NCBI GenBank assembly: GCA_019058275.1
Contig: JAHLVW010000036.1
Span: forward strand, 89,322-153,321
DNA from: Candidatus Heimdallarchaeota archaeon
GTDB lineage: Archaea > Asgardarchaeota > Heimdallarchaeia > JABLTI01
DNA length: 64,000 nucleotides
Direction of reading: 5' to 3'
Numbering within the stretch: the first letter of the stretch is position 1; every line of letters starts with the position of its first letter. The notes beneath the pieces are model-generated. The model was not told the DNA's origin and searched no databases. It worked only from the letters and a program-made list of their open reading frames with translations. This document shows, piece after piece, positions 19,698-28,475 of this stretch. Both the position numbers and the translations under genes were made by a program.

Positions 19698-20066
19698 ATG
19701 TTAGAAATAGCAATAAACCAAATAAATGTTCCAGATTTGGATAAAGCAATAGAGTGGTATACAGAGAAATTAGGATTCAAAGTATCAAAAGAACACTACT
19801 ATCCTCCCCAAGCAGTTGATTTATTGCAAAAAAGTGGTATAAGATTACTTCTCTATAAAGTAGAGAAAAGTGTGAAAATTGATTATCCGAATGTTAATCA
19901 ATCAGTTATTATTTTTAAAACTGATGATTTGAAAAAAACCATGAAGACGATGAAAGATAACGGTGTTGAACTAATATATCCTGATGCTATTGAATTCCCT
20001 GCAGGTCTTTTTAACGCTTTCAAGGATCCCTTTGGAAACGTCCATGAACTCGTACAATTTAGTTAA
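19698..20066 (+). CDS. VOC (glyoxalase/bleomycin-resistance) family protein
   Basis: VPDLDKAIEWY...LGF and FKDPFGNVHEL. Confidence 0.88.
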   Translation: MLEIAINQINVPDLDKAIEWYTEKLGFKVSKEHYYPPQAVDLLQKSGIRLLLYKVEKSVKIDYPNVNQSVIIFKTDDLKKTMKTMKDNGVELIYPDAIEFPAGLFNAFKDPFGNVHELVQFS

Positions 20067-20151
20067 TTATCTCTTCGAACTATTATTTGTTTTTTCTTTT
20101 CATTTTTTCGTCTATTTATTTTACTTTTTTCTCTTTTTTTATCTATGAAAA

Positions 20152-20198
20152 CCTTTATATTCTAGAACATCTATAGACCATCTGTAGAGATGTTCTAG
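20152..20198 (+). promoter_or_regulatory. TATA box with an adjacent inverted repeat, candidate operator of the RHH regulator
   Basis: TTTATA near 20154, followed by CTAGAACATCT (20162-20172) N15 AGATGTTCTAG (20188-20198), a perfect 11-bp inverted repeat. Confidence 0.6.
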
Positions 20199-20225
20199 GG
20201 AATCTCTCTAAGGAGTAGAAAAACG

Positions 20226-20684
20226 ATGTATGAAGAAGCAAAAATGGAAAAACTGACGATCAATCTTCCCCCTGTAGAGATTGGACGAGTAGACATTTTA
20301 GTTGAAGCTGGGTATTATCCAAGTAGAACTGAATTCATAAGAGCTGCTATAAGGAAAACTTTGGATTCACATCAAGCATTCATAGATTCAAAAATCGATG
20401 AGCAAAGAGAGGAAATTAAAGTTGCGGAAGCAGATCATAAGAAGTATAGTTCTACGCTTTTTGGTATGGGTGTTATAAGTATTAACAAAAAAACATTCGA
20501 AAGAGCACTTTCCCAAAGTAAGAAAGTGAAAATTCATGTTATTGGAATGCTTAATCTTGAGAGAGATATTACCCCTGAATTGATTGAAGAAACGGTTGAT
20601 ACTATTAAGGTCTACGGTGTTTTAAGAGCCTCTAAAGAGGTAAAAGATGCATTGCAAAAGATTAAGAGGAAGGATAAGGTGTGA
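20226..20684 (+). CDS. Ribbon-helix-helix (CopG-like) transcriptional regulator
   Basis: EKLTINL...VDILVEAGYYPSRTEFIRAAIR; AAGGAG RBS. Confidence 0.85.
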   Translation: MYEEAKMEKLTINLPPVEIGRVDILVEAGYYPSRTEFIRAAIRKTLDSHQAFIDSKIDEQREEIKVAEADHKKYSSTLFGMGVISINKKTFERALSQSKKVKIHVIGMLNLERDITPELIEETVDTIKVYGVLRASKEVKDALQKIKRKDKV

Positions 20685-20687
20685 AAA

Positions 20688-20801
20688 ATGAAAGTAAATA
20701 CTGAAATTCATCTACCAAATATACAAATTAATTTACCATTAATGAAAATCAAAATTAATTTGACTGAAAAGAAAATCCTATTAATTGTAGGAATTTTATA
20801 A
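20688..20801 (+). CDS. Possible 37-aa peptide co-transcribed with the RHH regulator
   Basis: ATG 3 nt after the RHH stop, preceded by AAGGTG; MKVNTEIHLPNIQINLPLMKIKINLTEKKILLIVGIL*. Confidence 0.3.
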   Translation: MKVNTEIHLPNIQINLPLMKIKINLTEKKILLIVGIL

Positions 20802-20940
20802 CATCTAAAAGGTAAAGAATTATTTCTATGCCTTTTCTCTTCTGTGTCTGTTATTTCATTTTTAGATATCTGTTTCTTTTCTACAAAAAGTATTAATTAA
20901 CCAAAATCAATTGTCAATTTAATAATAGATTATTTGAGTT

Positions 20941-23298
20941 ATGTTTGTTGGAGGGTTTATTCCAATGGAAGAAAATACTTCTATTGAAACAAGAACAGTA
21001 GAATCAGTTAAGGGAATATCAAATTTTTCTAACAGACTTTTATTATCTATTCTTTGCTCTGTTGTTGGTTTGGGATTACTATCTTTATTAATATATAAGA
21101 TACCAAATGTTGACTTTGCTAACGGTTACACTCCTTATCCATATAATTTCTTTTATGATATTTATAATGACAGTCGTGTAGGTGTTGGTCTTGGATATTA
21201 TATTTTGATGCCAGTAGCAATTTGTCTTATCATGGTTTCAGGAACTACAATTTTGATTAAAAATAATAGGGAAAAGGTAATTCTCATCTTAACGAATCTG
21301 TTTCTTTATATAGCACCCATTGTGATGGGTTTAATCAAATATTATCAAAATGACATTTATTATGATAGAAATATTGAACAACCTTTAGGATTCTTCCCAC
21401 TTTACCTTAATATCTTCCTTTATGTAGCTCTATTGATAGATCAAACTACTTTTCTCGAATGGATTGGAGCTAAATCAAGTGATTTGCCAAAAGAGGACAG
21501 ATTCACTAGAATCTATAGAATAATTAATGCATCAATCTTTGCAGTCATTTATCTATATACTGCTTCTATACCTTTAGTTGGGATTGTTACCCAGAGAAAC
21601 CTTTCCTATTATTATATGATGAATCATATGTGGACAATAATCGGAGTTTTTCCTGCTTGGTTCTTTTTTGGTGAATTAATTCGTTTATTGGTTACACATT
21701 CAGGAGGAAGAAGACTTGTATTAAATACAATTGCTTCTGGAGAATTATCTTTACTAAATATCTCCTTTCAATTGGGCTTGAAATTGGTACGAGTTCAGAG
21801 AATTGTTAGAAGCTATATCGAAAGTGGAGCCATTTTAGGAATACTTTCAGATGACGAGCTATATATCATTCCAAAAAGACCTGATGAGCTTTATGCTGAA
21901 CCTAAAATTGAAGTTGCTGAAAAGGAAGATGAAATAGCTAAAGAAGTTCTTGAAACAAAAATGGAAGCTAAAGCAATTGCTAGTAACAAATTCTGGATTT
22001 CAGTAGCTTTACAAATTATTGCTACTGGATTACTAACACTTCTGATTTGTATGACACCAACCACTATTTTAAGTAGAATTATGGGTGGTACTGATCCTAG
22101 TGGTAATAATTTCTTTTATCGATGGGATTATACTTTTGATATACCAAATTGGGAAATTACTAGGTTTTCTCCTTATATCGGATTCTATATTTTGATGCCA
22201 ATTGCTATTGTTGCATTAGTAGTTTCTGGATTTACTATATTAACTACTGATAAAGAACAATCAAAAAAACTCTCTCTTATAAACCTTGGATTATTCCTTA
22301 TACCTATAATTGTTGGATATGTTTTTGGTACATTGATTTCAATTTATAATATTGATGTATATCAATATTGGAGGAACTTTCATGGTATAGAATTTACGTT
22401 CTTATTAGGTATTATCTACCTTTCACCTTTTATTTTCATTTTAGGCTCTATGTTTATTGAAGAAGAGACATTTATTGATTGGTCTGGCTTTCACAAAAAG
22501 AAATCACCATTAAATCGTTTAGCTATTGGAAGAATTATTAATGCAATATTATTCTTTTTGTGTTTCATTGGTATGTGGATTTATCCAATACTTCTTTGTT
22601 TACCTATGAGATTTGCTTCCTACTCAGCTGTTATATTTCTAATGTCATTTTATATTGCTGTGCTAGTTTGGTGGGTATTTGGAGAACTTGTAAAAATAAT
22701 CGTTTTTAGAAATCGTCGTAGAAGAATAATCATTGGAATAATTAATCAAGGAATTTACGATTTGAAAACAATATCAAGAAGATTGAATATTCAGCTAAAC
22801 GAAGTACAAGATGTTACTTATAGATTAATAGCAGAAGGTAAAATTGAAGGAACATTATCAGATAGCGAAACAAAAATAATTCCAATTGAAAAAGAAGATA
22901 CTATTTTATGCGAAAAGTGTAAAAAATACAATGATAAAGATGCAAAATTCTGTTCTCATTGCGGAGCAACAATTGATAGAGTAGCTGGTATTTCGAGTTC
23001 TACTTCAACTGAACCAACCAAATCGATGAAAAATGATAACGAATACATGCCCAGGAATAAATTGTATGGAATAATTTCATTAATAATCGCTTTATTGACA
23101 ATTCCAATTTATTCCTATATGATGTCATTCGATGCTGACTATTACTTTGTTCAATATCCAATTTTGATTTTCATGTATATAGGTTTAATATTAGGAACTA
23201 AATCATCTTATTACTGTATAGGAAAAGCTGGATACGCACTTAATGCTGTTGGTATCTTTCCAGTTGCCATTTACATCTTTGTAATGCTTTTCTGGTAA
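20941..23298 (+). CDS. Polytopic membrane protein with two internally duplicated TM plus PCI-like winged-helix modules and a zinc ribbon
   Basis: Repeated GxYILMPxAI..., FGEL, and V..L/YI..G.I.G.LSD segments; CEKC-x10-CSHC. Confidence 0.7.
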   Translation: MFVGGFIPMEENTSIETRTVESVKGISNFSNRLLLSILCSVVGLGLLSLLIYKIPNVDFANGYTPYPYNFFYDIYNDSRVGVGLGYYILMPVAICLIMVSGTTILIKNNREKVILILTNLFLYIAPIVMGLIKYYQNDIYYDRNIEQPLGFFPLYLNIFLYVALLIDQTTFLEWIGAKSSDLPKEDRFTRIYRIINASIFAVIYLYTASIPLVGIVTQRNLSYYYMMNHMWTIIGVFPAWFFFGELIRLLVTHSGGRRLVLNTIASGELSLLNISFQLGLKLVRVQRIVRSYIESGAILGILSDDELYIIPKRPDELYAEPKIEVAEKEDEIAKEVLETKMEAKAIASNKFWISVALQIIATGLLTLLICMTPTTILSRIMGGTDPSGNNFFYRWDYTFDIPNWEITRFSPYIGFYILMPIAIVALVVSGFTILTTDKEQSKKLSLINLGLFLIPIIVGYVFGTLISIYNIDVYQYWRNFHGIEFTFLLGIIYLSPFIFILGSMFIEEETFIDWSGFHKKKSPLNRLAIGRIINAILFFLCFIGMWIYPILLCLPMRFASYSAVIFLMSFYIAVLVWWVFGELVKIIVFRNRRRRIIIGIINQGIYDLKTISRRLNIQLNEVQDVTYRLIAEGKIEGTLSDSETKIIPIEKEDTILCEKCKKYNDKDAKFCSHCGATIDRVAGISSSTSTEPTKSMKNDNEYMPRNKLYGIISLIIALLTIPIYSYMMSFDADYYFVQYPILIFMYIGLILGTKSSYYCIGKAGYALNAVGIFPVAIYIFVMLFW

Positions 23299-23350
23299 AA
23301 TACTACAAATCCAAATATCTATGTTAATTGGAATTGGCTAAGCAAAAATC

Positions 23351-24304
23351 TCATATGGGATATTGTAAAGGATAGATATCAAAGATATGTATAGACCCCT
23401 CCATTTCATATATAGCTTCTTCTGTCCAGTTTAAATTTGACCAATAATTTCCCTCTTGTAATGTTGCATCATACCAACGATTATTATACGAAGTATAGCT
23501 TTTGCGCTTTTCATAACCTTGTGATCTATTATTATTATTCAAAATATAGTGATTATCTATGAAATTATTATGATATATATGATTATAGTCACAATAGTAA
23601 AGACTAACACCATAATCAGAATTATATTTAAGGGTATTATGATAAATGACACAAGAATCTGATCTTATAATTATTCCCCTATCATTAAATTGACAAAGGT
23701 TATTTTCAATTGTTGAAAAATCTGAACCAGAAGTTACTTCTATTCCGATAAGAAATCCAAAACAAGTATTGTTTGCAATGATTGAATTACGAGAATCGTA
23801 AATAGTTATACCATAACCAGAAGTATATATTTCATTATCAAAGCTGCAAGTATTGTTACAAATAACAATATCGGACGCAAAATAAACAACAATTGATTGA
23901 AGATTAGAATAATAATAGGCTTGTTTATATTCCATTATATTATTTTCAATTTTCGCTGTTCCTCTTTTTATATTGTTTAAGTATATTCCTATTTGATTGA
24001 AGATTATTTCACAATTACGAATGACAAAAAAGCTTGTAGTGTCACCAATAAAGATTGCATATCTTTTTTGTGTACTTAAAATCAAATTTTCAATAATATA
24101 AGGATCATTTTCGGTTCCTGAACCTGGAAAGTTGTATCTATTAACAAAGTCACTATTTTTATGAATTACAATTTCACCATAGCTGTATTTGCTATGATAG
24201 TTTTCCCATATGATGAATCCTGTTGGTGAACCAATCAATATTACAAATGCAGTAGCTAAAGCAAAAATAAGAGTATTTTTGCTGACATACATTGACTGTG
24301 GCAA
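23351..24304 (-). CDS. Membrane-anchored right-handed beta-helix (NosD/PbH1-repeat) protein, paralog 1
   Basis: GSGTENDPYIIENL, repeated I.NN.C...GI turns, GNYWS, YPL C-terminus. Confidence 0.85.
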   Translation of the reverse strand: MPQSMYVSKNTLIFALATAFVILIGSPTGFIIWENYHSKYSYGEIVIHKNSDFVNRYNFPGSGTENDPYIIENLILSTQKRYAIFIGDTTSFFVIRNCEIIFNQIGIYLNNIKRGTAKIENNIMEYKQAYYYSNLQSIVVYFASDIVICNNTCSFDNEIYTSGYGITIYDSRNSIIANNTCFGFLIGIEVTSGSDFSTIENNLCQFNDRGIIIRSDSCVIYHNTLKYNSDYGVSLYYCDYNHIYHNNFIDNHYILNNNNRSQGYEKRKSYTSYNNRWYDATLQEGNYWSNLNWTEEAIYEMEGSIHIFDIYPLQYPI

Positions 24305-25535
24305 TTTAATCCATCCCTTTACCTAATTGAAAATCTAGTTCACATTTATCACTATAATTAAATAACTTTTAGTTTACAAGATTTTCCAAATAAATACGAT
24401 AGCTAATTTTTTACGGAAATTTTCAAAAGCAATCATCAATCTTAATGCATCAGTCCTATATTAGTATGGGATATTGTAAAGGATAAGGATCAGATACCTT
24501 TGCGTGACCTTCAATTTCGTATATAGCTTCCTCTGTCCAATTTAAATCTGACCAATAATTCCCCTCGAGTAAAGTTGAATTAAACCATCTATCACCATTC
24601 CAATCATAAGCTTGAGACCGATTAGGATTGTTTAACATGTTATATAGAAAATTATTATGAAATATGGTATTAGTACTAAGATATTCTTCGCAATAATTAA
24701 TGTTCATACCATAAATAATGTTATAAATTAACGTGTTTTGATATATAACACAATAATATGATCTAGCAACATCAATTCCAAAATAATTTGATCCGCAATA
24801 ATTCTTTTTAATTTCTATAAAATCAGAGATTCCGATATCTATACCAGAAAAAAATCCAGTACAAGTATTGTTTACAATTTTTGAATAAGGAGATTTATAA
24901 ATAGATATTCCGCAACCTTCATTGTTTATCTCATCAAGAATACATATATTATTGTAAATTTTAATTTCTGGTGAAGACTCAACATCTATAGCTCGGAGAA
25001 AACTCGAAATTGAACCTCCCCGATATTTAATCATATTATTTTCAATTTTTGCAGTTCCATCTTTTATATTTTCTAAATAAATTCCTATCTGACTGAAACT
25101 TATTTCACAATTTCGTATTTCAAAAAAGCTTGTTGTTTGATCAATATAAATGACATATCTCAATTCTGTACTAATATCTAGATTTTCAATTAGATAAGGA
25201 TCGTTTTCAGTTCCTGAACCTGGAAAGTTATATTTTTTAAAATCCCTGTCTTTATGAATTACAATTTCACCATAGCTGTATTTACTATGATAATTTTCCC
25301 AAATACTGAACCCTATTGGTGAAGCAATTATTATTACTAATGTTGAAACTAGAACAATTATTAATACATTTTTGCTCACAAACATAGACCTTGACAATTA
25401 ATCCCCATACCTTTGCTTATTTGAATAACTAGTACATATAGATCTTCTAAATTAAAGAATTTATAGTTCACGAGTAATCTAGCTTAAACACCATAGATAT
25501 TTTCTTATGGAAATTTTCAAAAGGAATCATTAATG
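23355..25535. repeat. Tandem duplication of a ~1.1 kb unit carrying the beta-helix gene and its upstream region
   Basis: Shared DNA at both gene ends and upstream: GGAAATTTTCAAAAGCAATCAT (~24416) vs GGAAATTTTCAAAAGGAATCAT (~25509). Confidence 0.8.
24456..25397 (-). CDS. Membrane-anchored right-handed beta-helix (NosD/PbH1-repeat) protein, paralog 2
   Basis: Same motifs as paralog 1; the N- and C-termini are near-identical. Confidence 0.85.
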   Translation of the reverse strand: MSRSMFVSKNVLIIVLVSTLVIIIASPIGFSIWENYHSKYSYGEIVIHKDRDFKKYNFPGSGTENDPYLIENLDISTELRYVIYIDQTTSFFEIRNCEISFSQIGIYLENIKDGTAKIENNMIKYRGGSISSFLRAIDVESSPEIKIYNNICILDEINNEGCGISIYKSPYSKIVNNTCTGFFSGIDIGISDFIEIKKNYCGSNYFGIDVARSYYCVIYQNTLIYNIIYGMNINYCEEYLSTNTIFHNNFLYNMLNNPNRSQAYDWNGDRWFNSTLLEGNYWSDLNWTEEAIYEIEGHAKVSDPYPLQYPILI

Positions 25536-25545
25536 TTTGTTATTT

Positions 25546-26268
25546 ATGAAAGAACAAGATCTATATAAGAAACTAGCAAAATACTATGATTATCTTTATG
25601 CTTGGAAAGATTACAAAAAGGAAGCAGAGCAGATAAAAGAAGAGATTGTAAAATACAAAAAATCAACTGGTAATAAGTTGCTTGATATGGCTTGTGGGAC
25701 TGGCAGTCATCTTGAGCATTTTACTGATGACTATGAATGTACAGGAATTGATATTAATTCTGAAATATTGGAGGTTGCAAAGAGCAAAGGCCTTAAAGCA
25801 TCTTTTATTCTGGGTGACATGACTGATTTTGACCTCGGAACAGAATTCGACATTATATTATGCTTATTTAGCTCAATTGGTTATGTTAAAACAAAGGAAA
25901 ATCTAACAAAAACTATAGAGTGTTTTACTAAACATCTAAAGAAAGGAGGGGTGTTAATTATAGAACCTTGGTTAACAAAGGAGATCTACAGAGCTGGTTC
26001 CCCACATATGACAACATTTGATGGTGAAAAGCTAAAAATCGCTCGAGTAAATATCTCTGAACTAAAAGGTGATATATCATATTTTGAAATGCACTATCTG
26101 ATAGCTGAAGAAAATAAGCATGTAATTCATTTTGTTGATCAGCATGAGCTTGCTTTGTTTCCTATTGAGCTAATGGTTTCTCTTTGTCAGAATAATGGGT
26201 TAATTACTCATCATAATAAAGAAGGATTATTCGACAATCGTGGACTGTTGATTGGTGTTAAGGAATAA
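25546..26268 (+). CDS. Class I SAM-dependent methyltransferase (TylM1/DesVI-like N-methyltransferase family)
   Basis: YDYLY..KDY..EA, LLDMACGTGSH, CLFSSIGY, IEPW. ATG 25546 used. Confidence 0.85.
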   Translation: MKEQDLYKKLAKYYDYLYAWKDYKKEAEQIKEEIVKYKKSTGNKLLDMACGTGSHLEHFTDDYECTGIDINSEILEVAKSKGLKASFILGDMTDFDLGTEFDIILCLFSSIGYVKTKENLTKTIECFTKHLKKGGVLIIEPWLTKEIYRAGSPHMTTFDGEKLKIARVNISELKGDISYFEMHYLIAEENKHVIHFVDQHELALFPIELMVSLCQNNGLITHHNKEGLFDNRGLLIGVKE

Positions 26269-26351
26269 ATTGACCCATTATTATTAGTATCAAGGATATT
26301 CCTGCACAAATATATGATGATAATAAAGACCAGATGCATGATTTATTTGTT

Positions 26352-28475
26352 TCATTTTATTCCTTTGTAGATAGCTTCACTGAAATTAATTCTCCTCATT
26401 TGTGATTGAGAAATAATCTCCTCGAAATAATGAGCAGACATTCCTGCAACTCTACCAAAAATAAAGACTGCTTTAGCTATTTTTGGGTCGAGATTCAAAT
26501 CTGCAATAATGGCACCAATAACTCCATCAACATTTATTGGAAGTTCAATACCTCTTACTTGTTTGAAGATATCAGTAATTACTTTAGAAATTTCTATGCT
26601 TTCAGCTGCTATGTTAGCATTATCTGCTTTCTTCCATAAAACATCACGTCTAGGATCCTTAGTATGAATTCTGTGACCTAATCCTTGCACTCTTTTTCCA
26701 TCTTTGATATACTCAGTAATAACTACCTGAGTAGCTTCAGCAAGACCTATGTTTTTTTCTTTGGCTAGTTGAATGCATTTCTTATAGAATAGAGTAGCTT
26801 TTGTTCCTGCACCTCCATGAACATCAGTTATCGCACCAATTCCTTGTGCAATTGCTACTTCATATGGAGCTCTAACAGATGCAGCGATTCTTGCAGCTTG
26901 TGTAGAAGGTGGTGTGACTCCATGGTCAACACTAGCAACTATCATAGCTTCGATTAGCTCAGCTTTTTTGTTTTGTGTTGACGCTTCACCTGTTATTACT
27001 GAATAAATAACTTGAGTAAAAGTATGTTTGTTTTCAACGTTATCAATTATCTTCTCATAACCTAGTATGGATGCTAAATATCTTGTAATCCTTCCAAGTC
27101 CAAAAACAGCTATTTCCAATGATGATTTAATACCCTTTTTAGAGTACTCTGCAAGTTCTTCATCTAGTAAAAGATATTTGCTAAGCGTTTTTGCTATATC
27201 CTCATCCTTAATTGGTTTTACTTTTGGAACAGGTAATTTTACAGCTTCAATTGCAATTTTGTTTAATTCATTACTAATTTCTTTTGTTGGAAGTTTTCCT
27301 TTCAAAAGTAAATGAGTTGTCTCGAGTAGATTATTGTTCTTAATTATCTCTTGTAATGGTTTTCCAGAGACAATAATATTATTGGGTTCAATTTTCGTGA
27401 TTAATGTTGCCCATTCTGGTTTTTTCGGAGGTTCTTCCCAATTTTTCCTAAGTTTTTCTTGATAGCTTTCAACAGAGAAATATTGTTTGTCATGCAATTT
27501 CTTTTTGACTTCTTTTATCAAATTATGTTGACCATTTACTACAGGAATACCTACCTTTTCAAAAGCTTCCTTTTTTGTTATGAAGGTACCATATTCTTGT
27601 CCAGGAGTAACTATAGCTCCCGCGTGTCCCATGGTTTTTCCTTCAGGAGCATTTGCTCCAGAAATCAAAGCTACCATTGGTTTTGGGTATTTCTCTGGAT
27701 GCTTTTCAACATCCTCTGCTAAAATCTCTTCTTGGCATCCTCCAATTTCTCCTGCAATAACAATAAGATCTGTATTGAAATATTTCTGTACTAGTGGAAC
27801 AATGTCCAAGAATCTTGTTCCGATGGCTCCATCTCCACCTATTCCTAATACTGCATTTTGTGCTATGCCTACACTTGCTAATGCATCTGACATGTGATAG
27901 AGAATTGCTCCACTTCTCGAGACAATTGTAACTCCTTTTGGTCCAAATTCAGTTGATGTTTTTTCTTCTGGATAGAAGATATCAGGTAACATACCTACCT
28001 TGATTCCTTCTGGTGGAAAGATTATTCCCGGAGTATTTCCACCAAATAATATCGTTTTATGTTTTTTTGCAGCAACAATAATATCTCTTACATCTTTGAG
28101 AGGTATAAATTCACTAATTAGAACTACTATTGGTATTCCTGCTTCTATTACTTCAATTGCTAAATCCTTTACTGCTGAATAATGTTTCCAGATGCTAGCA
28201 ATTGCTACATTAGGATTTTCTTTTAGACATTCTGTGATTGTATCATATACGGGAATAACTTCATGAATTCTAGTTCCACCTCGTCCTATTGATACTCCAG
28301 CAGTAATTTTAGTACCAAAATCTTTCATTAATCCAGCATGTTTCATTCCTTGTCTGCCTAATCCAATGATTACTGTGTCAACTGTACCAGTTTTTTCAAT
28401 ATGTGCAGCTAGATCTGGTCTTACTTGATTAATTAGAAAATATAACATACCATCTTTTACTGGTATTCTTTTCAT
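26352..28475 (-). CDS. Acyl-CoA ligase alpha subunit (SucD-like) fused to a citryl-CoA lyase/citrate synthase-like domain; ATP-citrate lyase A-like
   Basis: GGNTPG, SRSGA, GIGGD, GEIGG, MGHAGA (phospho-His); then WATLITKI...G, VDHG, HGGAG, GLGHR, NVDG. Confidence 0.85.
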   Translation of the reverse strand: MKRIPVKDGMLYFLINQVRPDLAAHIEKTGTVDTVIIGLGRQGMKHAGLMKDFGTKITAGVSIGRGGTRIHEVIPVYDTITECLKENPNVAIASIWKHYSAVKDLAIEVIEAGIPIVVLISEFIPLKDVRDIIVAAKKHKTILFGGNTPGIIFPPEGIKVGMLPDIFYPEEKTSTEFGPKGVTIVSRSGAILYHMSDALASVGIAQNAVLGIGGDGAIGTRFLDIVPLVQKYFNTDLIVIAGEIGGCQEEILAEDVEKHPEKYPKPMVALISGANAPEGKTMGHAGAIVTPGQEYGTFITKKEAFEKVGIPVVNGQHNLIKEVKKKLHDKQYFSVESYQEKLRKNWEEPPKKPEWATLITKIEPNNIIVSGKPLQEIIKNNNLLETTHLLLKGKLPTKEISNELNKIAIEAVKLPVPKVKPIKDEDIAKTLSKYLLLDEELAEYSKKGIKSSLEIAVFGLGRITRYLASILGYEKIIDNVENKHTFTQVIYSVITGEASTQNKKAELIEAMIVASVDHGVTPPSTQAARIAASVRAPYEVAIAQGIGAITDVHGGAGTKATLFYKKCIQLAKEKNIGLAEATQVVITEYIKDGKRVQGLGHRIHTKDPRRDVLWKKADNANIAAESIEISKVITDIFKQVRGIELPINVDGVIGAIIADLNLDPKIAKAVFIFGRVAGMSAHYFEEIISQSQMRRINFSEAIYKGIK

